Origin: Octopus sinensis
Lineage: Eukaryota
Direction: 5' to 3'
Assembly (NCBI RefSeq): GCF_006345805.1
Contig: NW_021833466.1
Coordinates: 1-27,802, forward strand
DNA length: 27,802 nt
A program made the translations under genes and the position numbers. Below the pieces are notes generated by a model. It had not been told where the DNA came from and did no database searches. It was given only the letters and a program-made list of their open reading frames with translations. Positions 11,383-22,089 of this stretch are shown piece after piece. Positions within the stretch are counted from its first letter, which is position 1, and every line of letters starts with the position of its first letter.

Positions 11383-11605
11383 TTTATGGAAGACCAGCAG
11401 CCACCAGCGTCCCCTCTTTACGCCACTGATGTTATCCAAGGGAAAGGCAGAGCCTGATACAGCCTTTGGCACCAGTGATGACATTGCAGCTCCTTTCTAC
11501 AGCTGAGTGGACTGGAGCAACGTAAAATAAAGTGTGTAGCACAGGCCAGGAATTGAACTCACTATCTATGATTGTGAGCCCGACGCTCTAACCACTGAAA
11601 CATGC
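11383..11605 (-). mobile_element. tRNA-derived SINE, family C-type central domain
   Basis: Minus strand has CAGTGGTTAGAGCG (A box), GAGTTCAATTCC (B box) and ACACTTTATTTTACGTTGCTCCAGTCCACTCAGCTG, shared with 26190-26531. Confidence 0.8.
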
Positions 11606-11937
11606 AACACAAAACATCATAGCCTGCAGTTGGTTCATTTACATACAGCAACTGCCGAGCTTCACAGGCACAAAAATCTACAACATATGGAAGAAGTCAT
11701 TTAAGATCCCCCACATCCAGGGGACATTTAACTATAACTGCAACGTCTGCAAAATAATTAATGAAAAACAGAAGACAAAGTCGCTCATTTCCCCCATTTC
11801 TTCTTGTAAATACTCTGCTCCTTTTCCAAGACAGTTTCCTTTCTCGACCATGATGTTTCTGTAAGTAACCCTGGAGCCGAGATTCAGTCATCACACTGAT
11901 AATTGCTTTGTCCTCTAACTCCCTAGTACACACAAGT

Positions 11938-12325
11938 GGAGGCGCAATGGCCCAGTGGTTAGGGCAGCAGACTCGCGGTGATAGGATCGCGGTTTCGATT
12001 CCCAGACCGGGCGTTGTGAGTGTTTATTGAGCGAAAACACCCAAAAAGCTCCACGAGGCTCCGGCAGGGGATGGTGGTGATCCCTGCTGTACTCTTTCAC
12101 CACAACTTTCTCTCACTCTTACTTCCTGTTTCTGTTGTACCTGTATTTCAAAGGGCCGGCCTTGTCACTCTCTGTGTCACGCTGAATATCCCCGAGAACT
12201 ACGTTAAGGGTGCACGTGTCTGTGGAGTGCTCAGCCACTTACACGTTAATTTCACGAGCAGGCTGTTCCGTTGATTTGGATCAACCGGAACCCTCATCGT
12301 CGTAACCGACGGAGTGCTTCCATCC
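11938..12325 (+). mobile_element. tRNA-derived SINE, family A, full length
   Basis: A box TGGCCCAGTGG, B-box-like GGTTTCGATTCCC. Perfect 13-bp TSD AGTACACACAAGT (11925-11937, 12326-12338). Near-identical to three other copies. Confidence 0.95.
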
Positions 12326-12529
12326 AGTACACACAAGTTCATATGCATGCATGCATGTAAGAAAATTACTCTAAAGTAAAAGCTTATTTGCTGCGTATCC
12401 TTCATCGCTTTATGTTTCTTTGTCATCTCGGATGTTGTTATACATCGCTTGTCGTAATGCTTTTGCATCGTTTTAGCTTTCGAACCCCGCTGGCTAGGTG
12501 AGCAGGCCAATATACATATATACACACAT

Positions 12530-12531
12530 AT

Positions 12532-12577
<46 letters not shown>

Positions 12578-12659
12578 ACAACAACAACGATAACAACGAC
12601 GACGACAACAACAACAGCAACAACAAAGCAACAATAACAACAACAACAACAACAACAAC

Positions 12660-12736
<77 letters not shown>

Positions 12737-12800
12737 TAATAATAATAACGATAATAATAATAATAATAATAATAATATAATAATAATAATAATAATGACA
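12530..12800. repeat. (AAC)n to (AAT)n trinucleotide array
   Basis: Direct inspection. Confidence 0.95.
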
Positions 12801-12891
12801 ATAATCAGGCAATAATCGTCGGCAAGACTTGAAAATGTATAGAAAAAAGCGAAAGGGGTACAGTGAACTTGCCGTGAAGAGTGGAATATCT

Positions 12892-12917
12892 AACGCTTCG
12901 GATTAAATCCTTCGTCA
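12892..12917 (-). ncRNA. Degenerate hammerhead-like core (GAAG for GAAA, no clear stem I)
   Basis: CTGACGA-A-GGAT-TTA-ATCC-GAAGC-GTT. Confidence 0.45.
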
Positions 12918-13217
12918 GGGGGAAGAGAAAAAGAGAAGTAAAAGAGAAAAAAGTCAAACTGAGTTTACATCCTCTCAGAATGAAAAACTGGCTGCAACTG
13001 ATAATGGACGCAGAAAAACACGGGCAGCTAAAGTGAAACAGAAGTTATTGGAGAGGGTGTGCAGAAAGGAGAAGGAGAAGGATGCTGGTGAGAGTAGAAG
13101 TAAGTAAATACGGGAATGTTGCTGAGAGAAGGTGGAAGGGGTGGATCAAAAAGGGTAAAAAAAAAAAAGGATTAAGAGGAGGTGAAAGGATGAAAGGAAA
13201 AACGTTTATTCATACCT

Positions 13218-13447
13218 ATTTCTTTACTACCCACAAGGGGCTAAACACAGAAGGGACAAACAAGGATAGACAAACGGATTAAGTCGATTATATCGATCCC
13301 AGTGCGTAACTGGTACTTATTTAATCGACCCCGAAAGGATGAAAGGCAAAGTCGACCTCAGCGGAATTTGAACTCAGAATGCAGCGGCGGACGAAATACT
13401 ACAAAGCATTTCGGCCGGCGTGCTAACGTTTCTGCCAGCTCTCCGCC
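13218..13447 (-). mobile_element. tRNA-derived SINE, family D, single unit
   Basis: Homologous to 2163-2400; 12-bp TSD TTATTCATACCT (13206-13217, 13448-13459). Confidence 0.95.
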
Positions 13448-13730
13448 TTATTCATACCTGTTGGGGGCGTAGTGCCAAGATCAAATATGAGACGTTGCTC
13501 CTTTCTTTTCCTAGAGAAGGGGGTCCGTGGTGCAAGGTCATACCAGACACTGATAAATCTGCAATAGACTGATTCACAGAGTTGAAGTGGGTGGCGACAT
13601 GTTGGCCCGGCATATGTAGCATTATGCTTCTGATGTGTTCGCGAAAGTGATTCCCGGCGTCGCCCTGTTTCTCCAATGTAAAGAGCACCGCAGATACATT
13701 ATGATGCATTATATGAGATTCGCCGAAGTG
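13448..13730 (-). pseudogene. PLE GIY-YIG endonuclease remnant (frameshifted)
   Basis: Across frames: TSANLI*CI / CICGALYIGETGRR / HFREHIRSIMLHMPGQHVATHFNSVNQSIADLSVSGMTLHHG / EQRLIFDLGTTPPTGMN, continuing KRFSF beyond the SINE. Confidence 0.85.
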
Positions 13731-13804
13731 AAACAGAAGTGAAACAGAGAGGATGTAAACTCTGTTTGACTTTTTTCTCTTTTTCTTCTCTTTTTCTCCT
13801 CCCC

Positions 13805-13831
13805 CTGACGAAGGATTTAATCCGAAGCGTT
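13805..13831 (+). ncRNA. Degenerate hammerhead-like core in the inverted terminal copy
   Basis: Identical to 12892-12917 in the opposite orientation. Confidence 0.45.
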
Positions 13832-13966
13832 AGATATTCCACTCTTCACGGCAAGTTCACTGTACCCATTATGTGATATTGCTTCTTGGGCCCCATGATG
13901 TGGTAATATTGTTGATGTAGGGGCATGTATTACATCGTCGCTGAGAACATTTAAAGGTTTTGGTTG

Positions 13967-14595
13967 AAAAATTAAGAATGTAAGAAAATGAAGAGTTAAA
14001 GATGTCTAGTTAATTTATTTCATTCATATTTTGTCTTTAAAATATAAATACAAATAAATTAAAAAAAAACACAGTAGAAGACTTCTATTGTTCTTTTAAA
14101 AAGTGGAGGCGCAATGGCCCAGTGGTTAGGGCAGCGGACTTGCGGTCATAGGATCGCGGTTTCGATTCCCAGACCGGGCGTTGTGAGTGTTTATTGAGCG
14201 AAAACACCTAAAGCTCCACGAGGCTCCGGCAGGGGATGGTGGTGATCCCTGCTGTACTCTTTCACCACAACTTTCTCTCACTCTTACTTCCTGTTTCTGT
14301 TGTGCCTGTATTTCAAAGGGCCGGCCTTGTCACTCTCTGTGTCACGCTGATTATCCCCGAGAACTACGTTAAGGGTGCACGTGTCTGTGGAGTGCTCAGC
14401 CACTTACACGTTAATTTCACGAGCAGGCTGTTCCGTTGATTCGGATCAACCGGAACCCTCGTCGTCGTAACCGACGGAGTGCTTCCTCCTGTGTTTTAAA
14501 AAAAATATTTGAATTTATATCTTAAAAATAAAATATGAAGTAAATAAATTAACTAGACATCTTTAACTCTCCATTTTCTCTCCATTATTAATTTT
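13967..14595. repeat. AT-rich palindrome (about 110-bp arms) split near its apex by a SINE
   Basis: 13967-14074 pairs with 14489-14595, e.g. gagttaaagatgtctagttaatttattt / aaataaattaactagacatctttaactc. Apex TAGAAG-A-CTTCTA at 14075-14087. Confidence 0.9.
14103..14486 (+). mobile_element. tRNA-derived SINE, family A, full length
   Basis: Near-identical to 11938-12325; degenerate TSD around TGT..TTTTAAAAA. Confidence 0.95.
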
Positions 14596-14696
14596 ACCTA
14601 TTATTATAATCCATAACGCAACGTAGAATTTTTCTCCTAATGTGATGGGGATTAAACCAGTGAAATTTTGGATTTTTTAATCCATAAAGAGGATAA

Positions 14697-15110
14697 GATA
14701 TCCTTAAACTGACTATATGTCATAACCTATTGGAAGGATCAGAATTCTTCTTTAAAGAGGGACAGAAATTCAAGATCAAATCTAACTTTACTTGTGCCTC
14801 TGAAAACATAATTTATGTTATTAAATGCTCGGGCTGCCACCAAGACTACGTGGGTTCAACGGGACTATCACTCAGGCGTAGATGCACACTGCATCGACAA
14901 CAGATTGCATTCCCAGAATATAGAATGATACCTTTTAGTGAGCACATTGAGAAATGCGCAAAGCAAATACTGCCACAATTTTTAATCTTCCCATTTTACC
15001 AATGTGCTTTCGGATCATCAACACAAATGAGACTGAACAAGGAAACATTCTTCATTGAAAAGTACAAACCCAGACTCAACCGTCCGAACATACTGACACA
15101 GAGAAATTAA
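14697..15110 (+). pseudogene. PLE GIY-YIG endonuclease domain, open frame but lacking RT (5'-truncated element)
   Basis: FTCASENIIYVIKCSGCHQDYVGSTGLSLRRRCTLHRQQI...SEHIEKC...NKETFFIEKYKPRLN has GIY/YIG-equivalent motifs, conserved R, H, E, N and Cys/His residues. The frame is closed upstream by TAA at 14694-14696. Confidence 0.9.
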
Positions 15111-15244
15111 CAAGAAAAGGGAAAAAAAATTTTTAAGCGATTATCTCCCTTACACCGGAAGAAATCACTCACTACCTCCCCTTATTTAGAAATCTCCTGT
15201 TAATAACACAACGATAACTCCATGCAATATAAACATAACGTCAC

Positions 15245-15284
15245 AAGAAATTTGAAAAGCTACAAGCGAAACCGGTAATTTCTT
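15245..15284 (+). ncRNA. Complete minimal type I hammerhead ribozyme with U3-A8 core variant
   Basis: AAGAAAT-TTGAAAA-GCT-ACA-AGC-GAAAC-CG-GTA-ATTTCTT. Perfect 7-bp stem I, G10.1-C11.1 pair, palindromic ACCGGT stem III, GUA triplet. It lies 135 nt downstream of the GIY-YIG stop. Confidence 0.8.
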
Positions 15285-15441
15285 AAAAATTTTAAAATTA
15301 TGTCATTTTAAGGAAAGGAAAAAAATTTTTCCAATATTCTCCAGACATTTTGACACAAATATATATATTTTTTAACATTTAAGCCTTCTGTCGTTTTTTC
15401 ACACTTTACTATTTTCTTATATATATATATATATATATATA

Positions 15442-15546
15442 TTGACTGTTTTTTCAAGCAGGTAGACATACTTAGTATGCCCTTTGATTAATTTTAATTT
15501 TATATATATATATATATATATACTTAAAATTAATCAAAGGGCATAC

Positions 15547-15616
<70 letters not shown>

Positions 15617-15666
15617 TTAATCAAAGGACATACTAAGTATGTCTACCTGCTTGGAATAACAGTCAA
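15442..15666. repeat. Inverted repeat (about 57-bp arms) around (TA)n tracts, with an extra partial arm
   Basis: 15442-15498 pairs with 15608-15666; partial inverted copy at 15524-15547. Confidence 0.9.
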
Positions 15667-15977
15667 AACTCTTATTAAATCGCCAAAAATACACTGATGA
15701 AAACTACAGAAATTAAACGAAGGCAAAATCAGGTTAAGACAATCTACTAACATACATTTAAGTATCTGGACTCACGTGGACCGGTTTCTACACTGGTAAA
15801 ATAAACCTTAGCTTCTTCAGCACGCGTTACCATGATTAGAGACTCCCAACCCATCGCTTCGAAGTCTGTGCTGCAACTGATTCGTTTCGCGCCGAAATCA
15901 TAACAGCCACCAGTGTAAAATAATCTGTTATTTCAAGCAGGTAGACATACTTAGTATGTCCTTTGATTAATTTTAAT
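15610..15977. mobile_element. 368-bp element bounded by 53-bp inverted repeats and containing an HHR motif
   Basis: 15610-15662 and 15925-15977 are reverse complements (52/53). Each arm contains the hairpin GACATACT-T-AGTATGTC. Confidence 0.7.
15773..15826 (-). ncRNA. Type I hammerhead motif with intact core and stems I/III, weak stem II
   Basis: Minus strand CGCGTG-CTGAAGA-[25 nt]-GAAAC-CG-GTC-CACGTG; 6-bp stem I, GUC triplet. Confidence 0.7.
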
Positions 15978-16089
15978 CCCTCGGTTATTTAATGCTATTT
16001 TTTTGGCCTGCTATCGCCTGTGTCATTGATTCTGTTATTATCATTTTGAAATAGTTACATTGGATAATAATAGAATTAATGATACCTTC

Positions 16090-16201
<112 letters not shown>

Positions 16202-16221
16202 CATATATATATATATATATT

Positions 16222-16358
16222 TTTTTTCTGTGTACCTTTCTGTAGAAAGCGTAGGCTCGAAACGTAAAATACTTTTTCTATTCCTGAGCGTTATACTAAT
16301 ACATCTGTTTGTTTCGTACACCACCTGTCTTCGTCTTTTGGTTTTTTTCGTAAACTTT

Positions 16359-16361
<3 letters not shown>
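16222..16361 (+). mobile_element. Family E PLE-associated element between (TA)n tracts
   Basis: Homologous to 5156-5300; HHR-like CTTT-CTGTAGA-AAGC-GTAG-GCTC-GAAAC-GTA-AAAT at 16236-16270. Confidence 0.75.
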
Positions 16362-16393
<32 letters not shown>

Positions 16394-16659
16394 CACTTGT
16401 GTAAGTAGGTATTTGTGTATCCGCGCGTGTATACTATCATACCCTGCACGGTAGGCAGCCCACTTCTCGAAACTGGGCTACATGAAACATAGATCACCAT
16501 TAGGCGGGCCCCAGGTTGTTCATGATTGTTATATACTAAATGAAAGGTCATGTTGATGCCATCTCTTCCCACTACGCCACCTTGTCTTTTCCTGTGCTTC
16601 GGTCAGTTGGTGACCCCATGACCCTGCATAAATTTATATTGCGTAATATAGGCAGTAAC

Positions 16660-17425
16660 TAACACGCACAAACGCATACACGCGCGTGCCTACACACACG
16701 AACATACAAACATATACACACACGCGCGCGTGCTCACACACACGAACACACGCGTGCGCACACACACACAAACACACGCGTGCGTGCTCACACACACAAA
16801 CACACGCACGCGCACACACACACACAAAACACCAGCACGCGCACACACACACGAACACACGCGTGCGCACCACACACACAAACACACGCCGTGTGCTCAC
16901 ACACACAAAAAAACACGCGTGCGCACACACACACACACAACACACGCACGCACACACACACACGAACACACGCGTGCGCACACACACACAAAACACACTC
17001 GTGCTCACACACACACACAAACACACGCGGTGCGTGCTCACACACAAAAACACGCGTGCGCTCACACACACAACACACGCGTGCGCACACACACACAAAC
17101 ACACGCGTGCGCACACACACACACAAAACACACTCGGGCGTGCTCAACACACACAAACACACGCGCGCGCACACACACAAAACACACGCGTGGCGTGCTC
17201 ACACACAACCAAACACACGCGCGTGCTCACACACACAAACACACGCGTGCGCACACACACACACAAACACACGCACGCGCACACACACACGAACACACGC
17301 GTGCGCACACACACACAAACACACGCGTGCGCACACACACACACAAACACACGCGTGCGCTCACACACACACAAACACACGCACGCGCACACACACACGA
17401 ACACACGCGTGCGCTCACACACAGA
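16660..17425. repeat. CA-based minisatellite with CGCGTG(C) cores
   Basis: Units of about 24-28 bp such as AAACACACGCGTGCGCACACACACAC; source of the long HTHT/CVCV ORFs. Confidence 0.9.
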
Positions 17426-17562
17426 CATCATTTTGAAAAAGAACTGACTTATTGTCAAAGAACAGATCCAGACTTGGTATCGTTATATGTACCCGTATTA
17501 TCATTTAACAAGTATAGCACTTTTTACTACATGCGTGTATATATACATACATACATTTATAT

Positions 17563-17985
17563 ATTTCTTTACTACCCACAAGGGGCTAAATACAGAGGGG
17601 GGGGGGACAAACAAGGACAGACAAACTGATTAAGTCGATTACATCGATCCCCAGTGCGTAACTGGTACTTAATTTATCGACCCCGAAAGGTTGAAAGGCA
17701 AAGTCGACCTCGGCGGAATTTGAACTCAGAACGTAGCGGCAGACAAAATACCTCTTTCTTTACTACCCACAAGGGGCTAAACACAGAGGGGACAAACAAG
17801 GACAGACAAACTGATTAAGTCGATTACATCGATCCCAGTGCGTAACTGGTACTTAATTTATCGACCCCGAAAGGTTGAAAGGCAAAGTCGACCTCGGCGG
17901 AATTTGAACTCAGAACGTAGCGGCAGACGAAATACGGCTACGCATTTCGCCCGGCGTGCTAACGTTTCTGCCAGGTCGCCGCCTT
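17563..17985 (-). mobile_element. tRNA-derived SINE, family D, one head and two tandem body units
   Basis: Units at about 17563-17752 and 17754-17936 are near-identical; head at about 17937-17985. Confidence 0.95.
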
Positions 17986-18059
17986 TCATACATACATATA
18001 TACATATGTGTGTGCGTGCGTGCATGCATGTGTGTATATATATATATATATATATATGC

Positions 18060-18081
18060 AAACACACACACCAGTACCAGG

Positions 18082-18157
<76 letters not shown>

Positions 18158-18265
18158 ATGCACATGAATGTGTATAAATACATATAGGTATATCTTATAT
18201 ATATATATAATATACCTGTATGTGTGTATGCGTGTATACACACAGACAGACGCACATATGTATAT

Positions 18266-18300
<35 letters not shown>

Positions 18301-18345
18301 TATATTATATATATATATAATATATATTAATACACACACACACAT
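18060..18345. repeat. (TCTA)n and (TA)n/(CA)n tracts
   Basis: Direct inspection. Confidence 0.9.
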
Positions 18346-18796
18346 GCACATAAAAACGCCCGACTATATCAATGTACTCTCACTATCGATCAAAGGTAAA
18401 GACGATCAAACAAACATTTTTATATAATCGATGATGAAAGCCTGAACACATCTATCGGAATATGTATTGATATGAGATATCAAACAATCTGCTAGGTGGT
18501 GGCTGATATAATATATGAAACATTGACAAGAGTACTTCAGATTAGATCTCAGAATGCTATTTTCACTGTAGTATTTGATATATATTGGGTGTGGAGTGAA
18601 GCAGTTATAGTTTTGTCGTATCACTGCAACTCAAAGTAATGCATTGTACTAATTTGATAATGAAAAATCTGGTTAACGTTTTAGTCGAATATCAAGACTC
18701 ATATATTGGTTTTCTATATTAGACACTTCTACAGACACCCACACAGGTATACACATACAGGTAATGCATAATTTTGCATCCACAAGCTCTCTATGT

Positions 18797-19170
18797 TGGC
18801 CCAGTGGTTAGGGCAGCGGACTCGCGGTGATAGGATCGCGGTTTCGATTCCCAGACCGGGCGTTGTGAGTGTTTATTGAGTGAAAACACCTAAAAGCTCC
18901 ACGAGGCTCCGGCAGGGGATGGTGGTGATCCCTTCTGTACTCTTTCACCACAACTTTCTCTCACTCTTACTTCCTGTTTCTGTTGTGCCTGTATTTCAAG
19001 GGGCCGGCCTTGTCACTCTCTGTGTCACGCTGAATATCCCCGAGAACTACGTTAAGGGTGCACGTGTCTGTGGAGTGCTCAGCCACTTACACGCTAATTT
19101 CACGAGCAGGCTCTTCCGTTGATTTGGATCAACCGGAACCCTCATCGTCGTAACCGACGGGGTGCTTCCA
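18797..19170 (+). mobile_element. tRNA-derived SINE, family A, slightly 5'-truncated
   Basis: Near-identical to 11938-12325; likely TSD ATGTTGG (18793-18799, 19173-19179). Confidence 0.95.
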
Positions 19171-19354
19171 CCATGTTGGACTAAACCAACGCCGTTATCG
19201 CTGACCGTTCCATCTATACGTATATATATATATGTGTGTGTATGAAAATGTGTGTGTGTGTGTATGTGTATGATTGTAAATAAATGTACGACATTTGGTA
19301 ACGTAAATCGATCATATTTCTGCACCTACGTCCTGCACCTGTCCGTTCCTTGAT

Positions 19355-19900
19355 CGCCCACCCCACCCACTCACCTATGGTCCTAATACCTTATCTCTTC
19401 AACGCTCTATCTTATTCGCGTTCCATTTCTTCTGCCTAGACTCTACTATTTCCCCAATTTTCCATAAAAGAACTCTTTCCCTGCTCCAAACAAGTTTCTG
19501 ATTTGCTGCTCTTTTAACTCCTTAACACCCTGAGTCCGGAGTAATACATGCCATTAATCAAAAACTCAGTAATACTATTTGGAGCCAACGAAACCACAGC
19601 CACTGTCTCTTTCTCTTCTCAGAGAATTTCATCTGTACCCCGCAAAATATTATTTACTGCCTTAAATATTATTTCTGTGGTCTTAAATATTAGAGAAACT
19701 GGCCACAGATTAGTAGATTGAATAATTGAAGATTCATGTGATATTCACCTGAACTATAATATATCACCAACTGGATGTCACTACAACTAACTCGCATTCA
19801 CAGTTTCCCATCTCTCAATTTGTGAAGATTACCTACTTCTCGTTATCAAAAAGAACAACAACTCATCTTCCGCCTCGGCTGCTCTGCTTCCTCATTACGG
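19355..19900 (+). pseudogene. Decayed PLE linker + GIY-YIG remnant
   Basis: LTYGPNTLSLQRSILFAFHFFCLDSTISPIF (from 19370), FICTPQNIIYCLK...ETGHRLVD (from 19628), QKEQQLIFRLG; stops and frameshifts present. Confidence 0.75.
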
Positions 19901-19959
19901 ACAGTAACATCTTATTACATCGCATTACATCCTTATACATTTACCAATTATAGTACACT

Positions 19960-20977
19960 ACTTTTGTTGGGGTTTACTACTAGTGAGGTTGAGTTTGGTT
20001 CATTTATTGTTCGTGGGGGAGAACCTAAAGCGTAATTTGTATTGGATTGGGAGGCGGTATTGGAGCTAGTATTTGTGGTCACATAGGTCACATAGGTTAC
20101 ATTTGTTGTCACATGCTGGCTTGAGTTTAGTATTATTTAGTTGAGGTGGGTTATTAAAGATTGTGTTATTGCTAGTATGTAGGCTAACTTGGGGTTCAGT
20201 GTGAGAGTTTAGGTGTTCAGAGGACTAGTGTTGGAGTTTGCGTTTGTTCAAGGAGGTGGTTATGGATCCTAAATTATGTGTTGGTGAAGTAGGACATTTT
20301 CACAGATGGTTTGTTAAAGATGGGATAGTATTTTTGCTGTGGTGGAAAATTAGATCTTCTAATTTTAAAGAAGAGTTTAGGTAGAGATTCAAGTTGGAGA
20401 GTGAGGGGTGGTGCAAACCGTAAGATTTCACCCTTCTGGCCTTAGATTGATTAAAGTGTGTGGGTACAGTGGGCTGATCAGGAGGGGGCTGTAGTTGTCA
20501 TAGTCTCGGGGTGTCCAGTGGTGCGGTCGAGTTCGATGTGTAGGTTGTTTTATGCAGAGTTGTTGGACTGGTGTAGAGTGGAAGTCGTGTCCGTAGTTTC
20601 AGGGTTAGTATTGGGGAAGAGATGTGCTATTTCAGTTTTATGTTGGGGATATAATAGATTTTTTCGCAAAAGCCGCTTATTTGGAAGGCCTGATTATAAT
20701 AAGGGGCGAGAATGTTAAAATTTCTTTGTTAGCGGATAAGTTAGAGATTCTGATAGATATGCCTACGACTATGCTATTAAGGATAAGTTGAGGGTGATTA
20801 GAGAAGACATTTATGTATTGTAAAGATTTGTTGGGTTTATGGAAAGAGTGGTATAGATTTGTGTTTAAATCGAAGTAACATCTTAGAAATTGGCAATCTT
20901 AGTGTCAATTTCGAATGAAATACTTAGGTTATAGTTTTTAAAGAATCTGTGTAGGGGTTTCTTGGTGCGTTCAACTG
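19960..20977 (-). pseudogene. Decayed PLE reverse-transcriptase C-terminal (thumb) region plus low-complexity linker
   Basis: Minus frames: VERTKKPLHRFFKNYNLSISFEIDTKIANF*DVT / DLNTNLYHSFHKPNKSLQYINVFSNHPQLILNSIVVGISIRISNLSANKE / APYYNQAFQISG (about 20650-20975). The extent below 20600 is uncertain. Confidence 0.8.
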
Positions 20978-20984
20978 ATGGTTG

Positions 20985-21048
20985 ATATATGCATGTATGT
21001 AGATATATATATATATAATATATATATGTATATATATATATTTGTATG

Positions 21049-21110
<62 letters not shown>

Positions 21111-21740
21111 TTCTATATATATACTTCTATATATATACTTCTATATATATACTTCTATATATATACTTCTAATATAAGGATAACATTTAAAAAAAGATTT
21201 CATCAATGGCCAGCATATTAAAATACATTTTAAGGTGAAAATTATAAACCATTATAAATAAGGGCAAAATAAATTTCTTTTAGCTTGCTTTCCTCTTTTC
21301 AGCACGCAGTGTATTTATAGTGAAAATATTGTATGTAGTTAGACGATTTAAAGTCTATTATTTAGCATATTGGTATAGAAAAAAGTTTTCGTTTGGCTTC
21401 ATTTATAATTATATATATACATACCTACATACATACATACATACATATATGTATATATATATATTGATTTCATTTGATACATATACCCTCTCACCTTTGC
21501 TACTAGCTGGCGTATACAGGTGCTTACATTTATCAAGTATTCACCCTAAATTTACTATATATATACATATATATATATATACATATATATATGTATGTAG
21601 GAACGTGTATATTTATATACATATGTATATATGCAGACATATACTTTTACTGTATATACACATATGTATATACATATCTACATACATTAACCCATGCATG
21701 CCTATTTACATACAGACATGCATCCGTACATACACAAGCA
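20985..21740. repeat. (TA)n-rich tracts including a 14-bp tandem unit ACTTCTATATATAT at about 21109-21170
   Basis: Direct inspection. Confidence 0.85.
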
Positions 21741-22089
21741 AACACATTCGTTGGGTGCTCGCTGATTAATCGGCTTCGAGCGATTTAATAAGCTCTGCTA
21801 CATGTTTTAAATATTTTTCGACGATTTCCACGCCTAAACATGTGTATATTAGTATGTTTCCCTTTTCTCTCTCACACTAACATATTTTGAAAGTAAGAAG
21901 AAAAGATTTCCCACTGCTTAGAATCTTCGGGGCAACGTCGAGCTGAATATGCAGACATTGTGTGAAAGACTGAGAAATTATGGCGAGAAATTATGAATAG
22001 CAGTGGAGGGAATAATCGGTATTTTCTTCATAAATGTAAACTTTACAGCGTGCATTGAGAGTTCTTTCTTTCTATTGTAATCAAAAACG

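Larger units (their letters stand above)
12856..13867 (-). mobile_element. 5'-truncated Penelope-like element with 121-bp inverted terminal repeats, interrupted by a SINE
   Basis: 12856-12976 and 13747-13867 are reverse complements with 3 mismatches. Internal GIY-YIG remnant followed by a pyrimidine-rich 3' region and an HHR-like motif. Confidence 0.85.

Noticed and set aside
11585-11866. Open frame of about 90 codons ending near a gtaagt donor
   Set aside because: No recognisable motif or clear acceptor; it begins inside a SINE head.
15694-15712. CTGATGA-AACTACA-GAAA
   Set aside because: No stem II, stem I or NUH triplet, so not called an HHR.
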